Below, piece by piece: positions 43,987 through 55,759 of a stretch of 64,000 nt of DNA (its first letter is position 1; each line of letters starts with the position of its first letter). Under the pieces are notes generated by a model that was not told the DNA's origin, made no database searches, and was given only the letters and a program-made list of their open reading frames with translations. Both the position numbers and the translations under genes were made by a program. Source of the stretch: Chloropicon primus (Eukaryota). Location: the NCBI GenBank assembly GCA_023205875.1, contig CP060763.1, positions 1 through 64,000 of the forward strand. The letters run 5' to 3'.

Positions 43987-46533
43987 TTATTCTTGCTGTT
44001 CTTTAGAAGAGTAGGCGTCGTTGAGCGCGTCTTGCCCGGCGTCAGCAAGCTTCTCCAGAGATCTTTGCTTCTGCGCGATGTCCCTCAGAGCGTTCTGGAG
44101 ATTCTCATCCGCGTGGGTCCAGTGTTGTATCGCCTTTGTCTTCATCCTCGCCCTCTTCCAGGCCCTCTTTGCATTCAACCTTTCCTTGACACATTTCTTA
44201 ACCGTCTTGAGATCCTTCTGGCGGAGCACGTGCACCTCGTCCCTCTGGCCCGCCGTCTCCATGCTGGAGAACCACCTTCCAATGGCCATGGAGGCGTCCT
44301 CCAGCCTGCCCACCATCTCAATGCTGACTGGAGGTATGTTGAGCCTGGACAGGATCGTCGAAAGTCTGCTCCTCCGTCTCACCTTGGCCCAGCGCACGCT
44401 CGCGTTCGCTCGCCTCACCTTGATGGCTTCCTGCAGGGTGGATAGCGAGTGCAGGTAGGACCTGGGCATGTGGTGGATGAGCATCCCAACCGAGAAGAGG
44501 AGCCACCCAAAGTACTCCGGCTTACTGATCTCCAAATCGTAGTACTTCAAGGGATTGCTCGAGTACGAGCGCTTGGCGTTGGTGCCGAATTCGATCTGGT
44601 ACACGACCGATGGCGGGTAAAGCTTGTCGTGGTGCGCGGCCATGAGGAATTTTCGTGCAGCCTTCCTCACCGCCTTGTCCCTCCTGTCTCTGCTCGTTGC
44701 CTCCACGACCACGCTCGAGAAACTGGTCATCAGCCGATCCCTCCTGGAGAGGGCCTTGCCCAACCCGAGAGGGGAGGCCTCCTCGCTGTCACTGTCGAAA
44801 GTGACACTGTCGTGCACCCTTGAGGAGGGGCTCCTTGGAGCGTCAGAAATTTTAGTGAAGAGAGATGGCAGCCTCCTCAAGCTGCCGGTCTCGTCCATTG
44901 AAATGTCCCTCATCGACCTCACCGGTTCATCTCCTCCTCGCAAGAGGGTGATGTTCTTCTTCAGGTGCTCGGGGCACTCGGGCAAGAAGCCTTTGGCCCT
45001 GAACACCCTTTTCAGGAAAAGCTGGAGCTTGGCAGCATAGCCAAAGCCCCCAATGAAGAGCGAAACCGCCAGGATGACAATGCAGTTGACGACCCACTGC
45101 AAAAAGCTCTGCCTGCTCCTCCAGGAGTAGACCACGGCACTGAAGAAACCATCCTTCTTGGAGTTGAAGAACTCCCACAAGGTGTCTGCCATGGCAGTCA
45201 GATCGAGGATCGACCCGTGGCTCAACCTGGGGACGTTGTCATCACCCGCGGAGAAGGCCTGCATGAAACTCAGTGGAGGGGAGAATTCATCGGACTTCAA
45301 TTTGCTCTTCCTCGTCAGCTCGTCAAAGTAGGTGGGAACCTTGCGAGCCAAGTTGAGGGACAGCACACCAGGGCACCCAAAGCACCAGCACTCGATCGGC
45401 AGGTCCGGGTGCTTCTCCTTGAGAAGAATGGCGAAAAGTGAGGCGACGCCCGCTCCGAGAGAGTGACCCACGATCCAGATCCTGTGAGAGGGGTACACGG
45501 CATTTGCGGCCAGGATGACGTCCTCGAGGACCGACATCGCCATCCTAGCCCCCTTTGCCATGGCAATGTGCGCGAAGCCCTGCTCCCCCCCGATCCAGAA
45601 CGGCTCGGGGTGGCAGTTCACGTCCGTAATGGCCTCGCTGAGGGAGAAGGTGCCCCTGAAGGCCACCACAAGCGAGTTGTTCTCGTGATCGATCACCAGG
45701 AAGTGGTTGGGAAGCTTGCCGAAGGTGAGATCAGATGAGGTGAAGTTGGAGTACAGGATGTCCTCGGGGTTGACCCCTTCCACGATCGACATGATCGTCG
45801 CCTGCCCCCTCAGGTCCGCCTGCAGACGGGCATCGATCCTGTCTTCCCTCTCCCCTTGGTCCATCTCAGGGTCTCCGCCCTCCTCGCTGGCCTCCCTCAG
45901 GGTCAGCGACAGCGAGGCTCCGCCCGTTGACGCCCGAGAGAGGCTGCCATCCCTGGAGGACTCGCGGGAGGACAGCAGGTCCGAGGATGCCGAAGCGGGG
46001 GCATCTTCTGGCGTTACGGGCGTTCGCGCCGACCTCGGGGTTGGGATTCCCTTCCAGTCCGGCTGGGCCGTTGGCATGAAGTTCAAGTTGAAGATGGACG
46101 CCATGTGGTTCAGCATGCTCCAGCCGTACGCCGCCGCGCTGAACTTCATCGCTCTGCTCGCGCAGTCCACGATCCACTCCTCGTCCGCGGCATTCGGTAT
46201 CCTCTGCAGCGTCCTGCTCCCGTGGACCTGCTCCGAGGAGCCGTAGGCCGCCATCATCAGGATCCCGAACACGTCCTGGCTCACGCTCCTTCCATTGATA
46301 GCAAAGTGGTCGGTGAAGAGACCGAAGAAGTCCTTCATGGCAGCCCACTGCTCGGCATCCCTGAACAAGTCGAGAACGCTCCTGGCGTAGTCGTACACGT
46401 AAACCCGGTACAACCCGAGGAAGAAGGCCACAACCGGAAGCCTCTTTCTCATCCCCACATGCTTCTCGGGCGGCGCCTTGCCCTCCCCTTGGTCCTCCTC
46501 CACCTCAAGCCTCTCGGGCCTCCTCCTCCTCAT
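43987..46533 (-). CDS. Class 3 lipase (diacylglycerol-lipase-like)
   Basis: VVAFRGT.S, AH..M..GA, nucleophile elbow GHSLGAG, FGCP, D.VPRLS. Confidence 0.88.
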   Translation of the reverse strand: MRRRRPERLEVEEDQGEGKAPPEKHVGMRKRLPVVAFFLGLYRVYVYDYARSVLDLFRDAEQWAAMKDFFGLFTDHFAINGRSVSQDVFGILMMAAYGSSEQVHGSRTLQRIPNAADEEWIVDCASRAMKFSAAAYGWSMLNHMASIFNLNFMPTAQPDWKGIPTPRSARTPVTPEDAPASASSDLLSSRESSRDGSLSRASTGGASLSLTLREASEEGGDPEMDQGEREDRIDARLQADLRGQATIMSIVEGVNPEDILYSNFTSSDLTFGKLPNHFLVIDHENNSLVVAFRGTFSLSEAITDVNCHPEPFWIGGEQGFAHIAMAKGARMAMSVLEDVILAANAVYPSHRIWIVGHSLGAGVASLFAILLKEKHPDLPIECWCFGCPGVLSLNLARKVPTYFDELTRKSKLKSDEFSPPLSFMQAFSAGDDNVPRLSHGSILDLTAMADTLWEFFNSKKDGFFSAVVYSWRSRQSFLQWVVNCIVILAVSLFIGGFGYAAKLQLFLKRVFRAKGFLPECPEHLKKNITLLRGGDEPVRSMRDISMDETGSLRRLPSLFTKISDAPRSPSSRVHDSVTFDSDSEEASPLGLGKALSRRDRLMTSFSSVVVEATSRDRRDKAVRKAARKFLMAAHHDKLYPPSVVYQIEFGTNAKRSYSSNPLKYYDLEISKPEYFGWLLFSVGMLIHHMPRSYLHSLSTLQEAIKVRRANASVRWAKVRRRSRLSTILSRLNIPPVSIEMVGRLEDASMAIGRWFSSMETAGQRDEVHVLRQKDLKTVKKCVKERLNAKRAWKRARMKTKAIQHWTHADENLQNALRDIAQKQRSLEKLADAGQDALNDAYSSKEQQE

Positions 46534-46910
46534 CACGCCACGCCACGCCACGCCGCGACCGCCAAAAGGGTCAAGTTCGGTACCAATCGAAAGCCCGTGA
46601 GATTCCCTTGCCTTTGTTCAACACCTCCTCCCCTTCTCCGTCACCGACCTCGCACAAAGTCCTCGACAAGCACCACCCCTCCACCTTGTGGGGCGCTCTC
46701 CTGCCGTCCGTCTTCCTCCAATGGAGCCCAAGGTCCACTCCTTTCGTCAAAACCTTCAACCGAGGTATCAATCGAAAGCCCGTGAGACGTAGCGTCGCTT
46801 TCTGCCCCTCCCTCCCCCCTTTCTCGTCGCCCTCACCCGATGCAGAGCCGTCCCTCCTTCCCCCTCGCGCCCGCCCCAAGCGTTACGATGAAAACGATGA
46901 CATCAGGTCA

Positions 46911-48033
46911 TCCTCCTCCAGTGATGATGCTGGTCTCTCTTGATGGACACACTGGACAACAATGAAGGACAAAGGAGTCCTCCCGATGGTTGGTTCATTC
47001 CTTCCTGCTCCTCCAGTGATGATGCTGGTCTCTCTTGATGGACACACTGGACAACAATGAAGGACAAAGGAGTCCTCCCGATGGTTGGTTCATTCCTTCC
47101 TGCTCCTCCAGTGATGATGCTGGTCTCTCTTGATGGACACACTGGACAACAATGAAGGACAGTCATCCCGATGGTTGGTTCATTCCTTCCTGCTCCTCCA
47201 GTGATGATGCTGGTCTCTCTTGATGGACACACTGGACAACAATGAAGGACAAAGGAGTCCTCCCGATGGTTGGTTCATTCCTTCCTGCTCCTCCAGTGAT
47301 GATGCTGGTCTCTCTTGATGGACACACTGGACAACAATGAAGGACAAAGGAGTCCTCCCGATGGTTGGTTCATTCCTTCCTGCTCCTCCAGTGATGATGC
47401 TGGTCTCTCTTGATGGACACACTGGACAACAGTGAGTCCTCCCGATGGTTGGTTCATTCCTTCCTGCTCCTCCAGTGATGATGCTGGTCTCTCTTGATGG
47501 ACACACTGGACAACAATGAAGGACAAAGGAGTCCTCCCGATGGTTGGTTCATTCCTTCCTGCTCCTCCAGTGATGATGCTGGTCTCTCTTGATGGACACA
47601 CTGGACAACAATGAAGGACAAGGTTGGTGCTCCTCCAGTGATGATGCTGGTCTCTCTTGATGGACACACTGGACAACAATGAAGGACAACGAGGAGTATG
47701 AAGGAGGGAGGAGGGTGTCTGGATGATGCTGGTCTCTCTTGATGGACACACTGGACAACAATGAAGGACAAAGGAGTCCTCCCGATGGTTGGTTCATTCC
47801 TTCCTGCTCCTCCAGTGATGATGGTCTCTTGATGGACACACTGGACAACAATGAAGGACAAAGGAGTCATCCCGATGGTTGGTTCATTCCTTCCTGCTCC
47901 TCCAGTGATGATGCTGGTCTCTCTTGATGGACACACTGGACAACAATGAAGGAATCGAGGGAGTATCCACGAACCTTGGATTCGTTCGGGATGGATGATG
48001 CTGGTCTCTCTTGATGGACACACTGGACAACAA
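46911..48033. repeat. Minisatellite array, 95-bp consensus, 13 copies of the core
   Basis: Core GATGATGCTGGTCTCTCTTGATGGACACACTGGACAACAATGAAGGA at about 46923, 47018, 47113, 47203, 47298, 47393, 47477, 47572, 47640, 47722, 47817, 47907 and 47994. Confidence 0.95.
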
Positions 48034-48074
48034 TCCCCGCCCTCCATCCGATGGACAGACCTCTCCCTCAGGAC

Positions 48075-48490
48075 AGGAGGACGACAAGGTACAATCACCA
48101 CCGCCAGGAGGAGGACAACACAAGGTACAACCATCACCACCATCACCATTACCATCATCACCACCACCATCGCCATTACCATTACCATCATCATGACCTG
48201 TTGCATCATCAAAACCTAACCTTTGCTTTGCTTTGGATACTTTTGGGACCCAGAGTAAGAAGAGCAGGAGAGGTTTTGTAGAAGGACACGAGCACAATAC
48301 CAGGAGGGAGGAGGACAACACAAGGTACAACCATCACCATCACCATCACCATCACCATCACCATCACCCTTACTTACCATTGCCTTTTGCCTTTGACTTA
48401 TCAATATACAATAGAGCAAGAAGGTCTTGTTGGAGGATCACCTAGGAAGAGGAGGAGGAGGAGGGAGGACACAATAAGGTACAGGACGAC
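48075..48490. repeat. Degenerate dispersed repeats with CACCAT tracts
   Basis: A GGAGGAC(AAC)ACAAGGTACA-like motif occurs four times, two followed by (CACCAT)n. Confidence 0.7.
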
Positions 48491-48953
48491 CACCATCTCT
48501 GTTCTCAATCCAAGGGACAGCCCTTCGCCTTGTGCCAATGACTCCACTTGCACACAACAGAGCAAGCAAGTTCGATTGCATTGTTCCAATACCTTTGCCA
48601 TCAATGCAGAGGACACCACCACCCGTGAGGAGGAGGAGGAGGAGGAGAAGGGCACAAGGCACTCGGTCACTGCCACCATCCTCGACAACTGATGTATCAC
48701 AACCACTAACCATTGACGATTGCCTTTGCCGTGACTGACTTTGAGAAAGTTTGCTGCTGGTGTTGGACAACAGGAGTCGAGTCGAGTCATGAAGTGAAGC
48801 GAAGGAGAAGAGAGGAGAGACCACTCGAAGTATGCGATGCTGAGGACGTGAAGGGAGGAGCAACCGCACCACCTGCATCCGTTGTTCTTGTTGTTTCGTT
48901 GGGTTTTCGCGTTGAATTGTAGATAGATAGTTTGATAGACAGAGAGATAGTAG

Positions 48954-51626
48954 ATGATGAGCAGGAGGTATGAGAGGAGGCACTCGGCATTCAGCGGAGC
49001 GCCGAGCTACGGGTCCATCGCAGCGGAGGCCGCAAGGATGGTGCACAATCGGAGGAGGCACGAGGGGAAGCTCCTCCTCCGTCCTGTGTCCTATCAGTCG
49101 ACCAACTACTACTCCAAGATCTCATCTTGGAGCTACCTCGGCTCCGACGACAGGGACGAGGAGGAGGAGGGAGACCACCAGGGCACCCGAAGGGTTGGGT
49201 CGGAGGGAACCGGGTCGCAGAAGCGGAAGAAGCCCTCCCCCGCTCGATTGCTGGCTCGCATGATGCTCGATTCCTCGGAGAGCGAGAGCGATACGGAGAG
49301 CGAGGACGTCAAAGAGGTGGAGTCCAAGGCCGTGGAGGAGGTGGAGCTCAAGACGGTAGTGACCACTGAGGCGGTGTTCTCGACCCCAAAGACCACCATT
49401 GCGGCTACCAGCAGCGAGATGCCCCGCACAGTCACACCTTCAGCCCCAGCAGGGACAGCCGTAACGCCCGCGCCACGCGAGGAAGCGGCCAAGGAGGAGG
49501 AAGAAGATTTCTCTGTGAAGCCGGCGGTCTTGGTGAGCGAAAACAAAGCAGAGAGAGAGATAGTGGACCTTTCGGACATGACACCGCGGCGGAAGCCAAG
49601 GAAGAGAGGAGGAAAGACCCCCGGAAAGGCGCCTGGCAAGACCCCTGGAAGGACGCCTGGGAGGACGCCTGGCAAGACGCCTGGCAAGACCCCTGGGAGG
49701 ACGCCTGGGAGGACGCCGGGCAGGAAAGTCTTGGGTGACATCTCAAACACTTGCACCCCGGTCAAGTCCTCTGCGAGAAAGAACAGGCGTCACCGAGGCA
49801 CGCCTTCGGCGGCATCCAAGTCGGCCACCAAGGGAAAGGGAGGGAGCACGACTCAGGAACAAGCCCAAGGGGATGACCACAAGAACCATGCGGTGAGCGT
49901 TACGTTGATGCCTCCACCCGCACCACCACCGCCACCGCCACCGCCACCGGGTGCCATCGCACCGCCACCACCGCCACCACCACCACCGGGTGCCGGCGCA
50001 CCGCCACCGCCACCGCCACCGCCTAACGGTGCGGCCCCGCCACCGCCGCCATTACCCCTGCTTGGGAAAGCGTTTCAGCTGGGGACCTTGCAGAAGCCAG
50101 TGGTACCGAGGAGAAGGAGGAAGTGGCACTGGGAGACTCTGCCGGACTACAAGGCCGCGGACACCATCTGGAGGGAGCATCTGTACTCCAAGAGGTCGGT
50201 TACGATCGACAGTGAGATGCTGGAGAGTCTCTTCACCAGGGAGATCTCGCCGGTGAAGAAGAGGTCCACGAAAAGCAGGCTCGGGCCTGGAATGAAGCCG
50301 AGTAAGATGGAGTCCCAGCTGGACCAGGTGGCGGGCAAGGGGGGCAAGGGGGGAGATGGGGGAAGCATGGCCATCGTGGCCCTCTTGGACGTGAAGAAGG
50401 CCTCAAACATCGAGATCACTCTGGCAAGATTGACGAGGGAGTCGGGGAAGGAGCCCGAGGAGATTGTGGAGGCCATCAATCAATTGGACGCGAGGTCCCT
50501 GACTGAGAGCAGCACGGTCGTGGAATGCGAAGATGGAAGCGGCGGATCGAGCGAGTGGAGCAGGGATAGCTTAGAGGACACCGCGGAGGCGGTGGACAGG
50601 CTCCTCAAGGTCCTCCCGTCGAACGAGGAGTGCGAGGGCATTTCCCTTTGGTACAGCGACAAGATCAAGAGCGGGGACGCGTTCGATCCCAAGGTTCAGT
50701 TTGGAATCGCGGAAAGGTTCTGCCTTGCGACCCAGCAGACGGTGGGATCCGCCTCCAGACTCGTTTCCAAGCTGAGAGCCACCCGGTTCAAGCTCGAGTT
50801 CGACATCGTACAGGACTTGGTCTCTGACAAGATGAACTTGATGACGAGCGCTTTGAAGGAAATCACCCAGTGCAAGAGCCTGAGCACCCTGATGAACATT
50901 CTGCTGGATCTCGGTAACGCTCTGAACGGGGCCGGGCTGACCAATCAGCACCACAGGTGCTCGGTCCAGATTGCCAGGGGGTTCAAGCTCGAGTCCCTCG
51001 CCAAGCTCAAGTCGACCAAGTCCTTCAACCGGCGGACCACGGCGCTTCACTTTTTGGTCGCGAACATCGAGAAGTGCATGATTTCAGGGGAGGTCAGCGC
51101 TGCTGCTGGAAGCCAAGGGGGAGGGAAGGCGAAACCGGATGCCGCCAAGCACCCGCTGGAGGGGCTCTTCGGCATCATGAGCGAGCTTCCGACCCTGCAA
51201 GCCGCTAAGAGGCTCGTGTACGCCGACTCTCTGGCTCTGATCGAGGAGATGAGGAAGGGCCTCAAGGTCCTGGAGGCGGAGATGACAAAGATGAGCGAGC
51301 AGGGAACGGGCGAGTCCAACAATCAGCTCGAGGAGTTCGTTGATTACGTCAAAGTAAGCATCTCTGAGGTGGAGAACACGTCCCAGGTGCTGCAGAACCT
51401 ACAGAACGAGGCAGGGAAAATGTTTGGCCACGACGTCTCCTCGGCGGAAAGCAAGAGCAAGGAGCCGGCGTACATGTTCAACCTGCTCTACGATTTCCTC
51501 GAAGGCCTCTCCTCTGCCCGGCTGGAGAGAAACCAGGTTGACATCTGCCACAAGGTGAACGAGGCGCGGACTCCGTCGCCGAATAAAACTAAAACCGCAA
51601 CCGTTGGGAAAAGCGACAACAACTAA
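48954..51626 (+). CDS. Formin (FH1 polyproline plus FH2)
   Basis: Poly-Pro tracts; FH2 motifs WHWE.L, TIW, LESLF, LLDVKKASNIEI.L, LGNALN, GFKLESLAKL..TK, TALHFLV. Confidence 0.92.
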   Translation: MMSRRYERRHSAFSGAPSYGSIAAEAARMVHNRRRHEGKLLLRPVSYQSTNYYSKISSWSYLGSDDRDEEEEGDHQGTRRVGSEGTGSQKRKKPSPARLLARMMLDSSESESDTESEDVKEVESKAVEEVELKTVVTTEAVFSTPKTTIAATSSEMPRTVTPSAPAGTAVTPAPREEAAKEEEEDFSVKPAVLVSENKAEREIVDLSDMTPRRKPRKRGGKTPGKAPGKTPGRTPGRTPGKTPGKTPGRTPGRTPGRKVLGDISNTCTPVKSSARKNRRHRGTPSAASKSATKGKGGSTTQEQAQGDDHKNHAVSVTLMPPPAPPPPPPPPPGAIAPPPPPPPPPGAGAPPPPPPPPNGAAPPPPPLPLLGKAFQLGTLQKPVVPRRRRKWHWETLPDYKAADTIWREHLYSKRSVTIDSEMLESLFTREISPVKKRSTKSRLGPGMKPSKMESQLDQVAGKGGKGGDGGSMAIVALLDVKKASNIEITLARLTRESGKEPEEIVEAINQLDARSLTESSTVVECEDGSGGSSEWSRDSLEDTAEAVDRLLKVLPSNEECEGISLWYSDKIKSGDAFDPKVQFGIAERFCLATQQTVGSASRLVSKLRATRFKLEFDIVQDLVSDKMNLMTSALKEITQCKSLSTLMNILLDLGNALNGAGLTNQHHRCSVQIARGFKLESLAKLKSTKSFNRRTTALHFLVANIEKCMISGEVSAAAGSQGGGKAKPDAAKHPLEGLFGIMSELPTLQAAKRLVYADSLALIEEMRKGLKVLEAEMTKMSEQGTGESNNQLEEFVDYVKVSISEVENTSQVLQNLQNEAGKMFGHDVSSAESKSKEPAYMFNLLYDFLEGLSSARLERNQVDICHKVNEARTPSPNKTKTATVGKSDNN

Positions 51627-51688
51627 CACAAACAAGATGGGATATTTTACATTTTAATAACATTTTTTTTTTCGGGGAAGGGTAACCT

Positions 51689-53249
51689 TCAATCCATGGC
51701 GTCCAGATCGAAGTCTTCGTCATCGAGCGGGTGGGACTGAAACAAAGCCTCTTCCTCGTCCGTCGTGTCCCCCTCCCCGCCACTGTACACCACGCTCACC
51801 ACCTGCTGCCCGACGATTTTGAGATCGAAATCAGGGCCCGACGACCTGTCCCTGTCCTGCTGGGGCGCGTTGCTCCGACTCCCCCCTGACTCCTCCGCCT
51901 TGAGATCCATCAACCCTCTCGCGTGCTTGACGCTGTCAGCGTCACAGTAGTCCGTCAGAGGCGGCTCTTCCATCGCGACGACCTCCTGGATTCCTGCTGA
52001 ACTGTCGTCAGAATCCTTCTTCCAATCCACGTTCTCGATTGTCGTTCCGGTCTTGGCCAGCCTGTGCCTCTCTTCCGTGAGTTCGGGGGGCTCCTCCTCT
52101 CCCTCCCTCGCCGAGTAAGCCGCGAGCTTTTGCCTCGCCGACTTCAGCTCCTCAGGCTCTTCAGGGATCTCCACGTCCGATGCATCCAAGTCAGAATCCG
52201 AGGACATCTCATCGAAGGCCGGGTCGCCCTTCTTGTTCGGATCCAGCCCCATGGCTATCCTCCTCTTCCTCCAGCCCTCCTCCCTGACCTTCTTCATGTA
52301 CTCGAAGTTCTTCCTCTGCCTCTCGTCCTCCTCTGCCCTGATCTTCCTCCTCTCCTCCCTCTCCGCTTCGACGCCACCCTCAACAAACGCCTCCGCGCAC
52401 CGCCTGTCGTTCTCGAACACCGGCCTGTCATCCAAGTACTTGAGCTCCGGGAGCATGGCAATCATCTTCTTCCTGTAGTGCCTGATCTTGCTGACCACCG
52501 GGTTGCCTTGCAAGTAAAGGCAGCTGAGCTTTGGCATGTCCCTGAACACCTCCAGCACCTCCACGTCTTCGATCTTGTTTCTCTGCACGTCGAGCACGGT
52601 GATACTCGGACACCCTCTCAAGTGCGCCAGGGACTCCACAGTGGACAGCCTTGTCCATTACAAACGCAAAAGCAAAAGCAAAGAAGACGAAGAAGACGAA
52701 ACAAACAAAGTCAGCCTCAGGATCCAATCCAGATCAATTCACTTCTATCTGCAGGCCCTCTGGTGACCTGGTCACAGCTTTGCCCCTGAAGCACCAGGTG
52801 GGTTGAATCGAGTTGTTGGTTTCATTCCTCGAGCATGCCTGTCCTTCATTCGATGCAAAGGCTCGCTGTTTTGGCTCTCACCTGTTGTTTGCTGCCAAGA
52901 GAGTGTCCAGCTTGTCGAGTCCCTCCAAGTTGGCCAAGCTGGTCAGACGGTTGGAAGACACGTTGAGGTGGCTGAGTTCCACAAGCGTCTGGATGTGGGA
53001 TATCTCCTGGATGGAATTTTGCTGCACGAAGAGACACTTGAGGTCTCTGCACTCCTGAAGCCCATCGAGGGAGTCCAAGCAGTTGCCTTCCAAAAAGATG
53101 GACTTGAGTCCAGTGTATTCTTCCAGATTCTCAATAGCAGAGAAGCCCTGGAAGTTCAAGTAGAGCTTCTCGTTCAAGGAAGGGGTCGCGTACAGGTCAA
53201 GCTCCTTGCACCTCTTCTTCAACCACTCCTTGGTCATGCGTTGGGCCAT
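51689..53249 (-). CDS. DNAAF1: Axonemal dynein assembly factor ODA7/DNAAF1 (LRRC50), spliced
   Basis: [29 protein letters not shown]22-type LRRs, LRRcap [34 protein letters not shown]. Intron donor near 52881; acceptor not pinned. Confidence 0.9.
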
Positions 53250-53598
53250 CTTGCACCTCTCTATGGGGTCTTGTGAGGAAGAGACACTTCACTTCACCAC
53301 TTCACTTGAGGACACCGCCACCGCCACCTCCTCGCCTCGCCTCTCGACCTTTGAAAAAACACGAAAATCTTTGAATGGCAGGTTCTTCTGGTTCTTCTGG
53401 TTCTTCTGGTTTCTCCCTCCTAATTAATGAATCTCGAAGACGGATGGCCTAACGTCAAGGGGGTTCGGCTGAACTCAAGGATGGTCTCAGCCTCGAGGAG
53501 ACTGCTTGTGGCGTACAGAGTCAAGATGCTGATGAGGAGAGATGGAGATGGTGGATGAGGCTTGGAATGGATTGCGCGTGCTACAAATGACTTCACTT

Positions 53599-55512
53599 CT
53601 ACTTCTTTCCTTCCAATCGCTTTTTGAGGATTTTCTTCACCGTCAACCACGTGGCCCTCTCCCTGACGCTGGCGTTGTACTTTGCGAGGTTGCACAGAGC
53701 CCCCGCCGCATTTGTCTGGCAGTCCTTCGTCACCAGCAGACCTTCCAAGGCAGTCACGACGCCATTTTCGACCAGCGTCGAGACGAGGAGCGAGGAGTGG
53801 AAGGCGGCATTGCCCACGGCGAAAGCGGCAAACTTTCTTGTGGTTTCATCTCGGTCCCCTAGCCTCTCCACGAGAACGTCGACGATCTCTTCGTCGAGGA
53901 AAGGCTGGTAAAAGTACGCAGAGTGCCTGAACATGTTACCAACGAGGTTGCAGGTCCTCGCTCTCACTGCGGAGTGCTCGTGGAGGAGCAGGGACCTCAT
54001 CTGCTTGTAGATCCCAGCGTGGGCCATGCCCTCGTAGTAGCCAACCCTCGCGATGTGAGACAGCGTGGTGAGGAGTCCACCCTGGATTCTGCCACCAGCT
54101 ATCTCCGCAAGCGACGCCATGAGCTTGATGACGCAGCTTCCTCCATCTTTCGATGTGAACAGGGCCTTGATGTACCCCTCACTGTCGCCCTTGCTCAGAA
54201 GGACAGTCCAAACCTTGGCAAAAGTCAGAACGCCGTGGCGGCAAGAATTTTCCTGGTTTTGGTAGCTACCCTGCCTCTCCAACATCTTTTCGAGGGAGAG
54301 TCTGAAGGCATTGAAGAGTGAATCGAGGCTGCTGGCCGGCAACTGCTTGAGGTCCACCCCCCCTCCTGGCCCCGAGTGCGGGTTTGATGTCGCGTTTACA
54401 GACAGGATCCTGTCCACGAGCCCCGCGAGTTCGTTGTCCTCCTGTGGTGCCTTGCCGCCAACGCTCCCCTCGCTCGATTTGTTCGTCTCCACTTCCCTGC
54501 CCGCTTTCGCATCGTGGGTCGGGGGGGCGCTTGACAAGTTCTCCTTCCCGTTCTCCGCGTTGTTTGTATCCATCTCCCGCATGGCACGGCCGCTGCCGCC
54601 CTTATCTTCTGACGGCTCTTGGTGCTGCAAAGCTGCTGCCGCCCCAGCGACAGCCCCATTCTCGCCCTTCCAAGCCTGGCACTCTCTCAGGGTCATCTGA
54701 GCCACCATCATCTGCTCACTCCGCTTCTCCTTTTCCTCCAGGGTCTCCTCCACGAAAGGGTGGTGCAGCAAGTCGGGCCAATCCAATCGATCCTTTGCCT
54801 TCTTGTTCAAAAGCCCCTTGAGAAACGACTTGAGCTCCGGGCTCATCTGCTTCGGGTACTTCACAGGATCCTTCACGATGTGGTTGATCAGCGAATAGAT
54901 CGAGTTGGTGTAAAACGGCGGCTGGCCCACGAAAAGCTCGTACAGTATCACGCCGAGGGACCACAAGTCCACGGTGTGGTTGTACGGCTGCTCCTGGACA
55001 ACTTCCGGCGCCATGTACAAAGGCGTCCCCTTAATCGAAGTCAACACAATTGATTTCGACGCAATCGCACGAGCAAACCCGAAATCGCACAACTTCACCG
55101 TCCCATTCGCTCCTATAAGTATGTTCTGTGGCTTCATGTCCCTGTGGATAATCCCGTTGCTGTGCAGGTAATGAAGTGCCCTCACCAGCTGCTTCCCTAT
55201 CTTGGCCACGCATTCCTCCGGAAGCTTCTGGTCATCCTCGAGTATCTCGAACAACTCTCCGTGCGCGAGCTCCGTCACCACAACGAACTTGGACTTGGTC
55301 TCGAACGTGTCCAACATCTGTATGATATTCTCATGCCTCAAGTGTCTCAATATCTCGATCTCTTGTCTCAAGTTCTTCAAGTCCTTTTCGCTCTTCCCCT
55401 GCTTCACGATGAACTTCAGCGCCACGATCTGTCCCGTGTGCTTTCGCCTTCCCTTATACACCTTCCCGAAGCTCCCCTCTCCCACCAACTCAATCACATG
55501 ATAGTTCTCCAT
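53599..55512 (-). CDS. FUSED/TIO (STK36) Ser/Thr kinase
   Basis: [55 protein letters not shown]-terminal ARM/HEAT segment [33 protein letters not shown]. Confidence 0.93.
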   Translation of the reverse strand: MENYHVIELVGEGSFGKVYKGRRKHTGQIVALKFIVKQGKSEKDLKNLRQEIEILRHLRHENIIQMLDTFETKSKFVVVTELAHGELFEILEDDQKLPEECVAKIGKQLVRALHYLHSNGIIHRDMKPQNILIGANGTVKLCDFGFARAIASKSIVLTSIKGTPLYMAPEVVQEQPYNHTVDLWSLGVILYELFVGQPPFYTNSIYSLINHIVKDPVKYPKQMSPELKSFLKGLLNKKAKDRLDWPDLLHHPFVEETLEEKEKRSEQMMVAQMTLRECQAWKGENGAVAGAAAALQHQEPSEDKGGSGRAMREMDTNNAENGKENLSSAPPTHDAKAGREVETNKSSEGSVGGKAPQEDNELAGLVDRILSVNATSNPHSGPGGGVDLKQLPASSLDSLFNAFRLSLEKMLERQGSYQNQENSCRHGVLTFAKVWTVLLSKGDSEGYIKALFTSKDGGSCVIKLMASLAEIAGGRIQGGLLTTLSHIARVGYYEGMAHAGIYKQMRSLLLHEHSAVRARTCNLVGNMFRHSAYFYQPFLDEEIVDVLVERLGDRDETTRKFAAFAVGNAAFHSSLLVSTLVENGVVTALEGLLVTKDCQTNAAGALCNLAKYNASVRERATWLTVKKILKKRLEGKK

Positions 55513-55759
55513 CCGAGATATCCTCCCATCCACCCAGTCACCCCGCCATGCAGAACACTTCCCTTTCCCTTTCCCCTTCGATGGCTGAGGAGAAACGAAA
55601 GAAAAAGAAGGCGGTGGCGGTCAAATCCTTGCTCCTCCTCCTCCTCCTCCTCCTCCTCGTCGTCGTCGTCTGTCGTTTGTGTCGAAGCGCCTCGCCTCCG
55701 CTTTCCTCCTGACAGAAAAAGAACGAGCTCTGCTGTTTTGAAAAACACGGGAGAGGAGG

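Noticed and set aside
46911..48033. CRISPR array
   Set aside because: Most linkers are identical or deletion variants, the core is not palindromic, no cas genes are present and the context is eukaryotic.
48051..48445. His-rich peptides
   Set aside because: They are translations of (CACCAT)n microsatellites with no other coding support.
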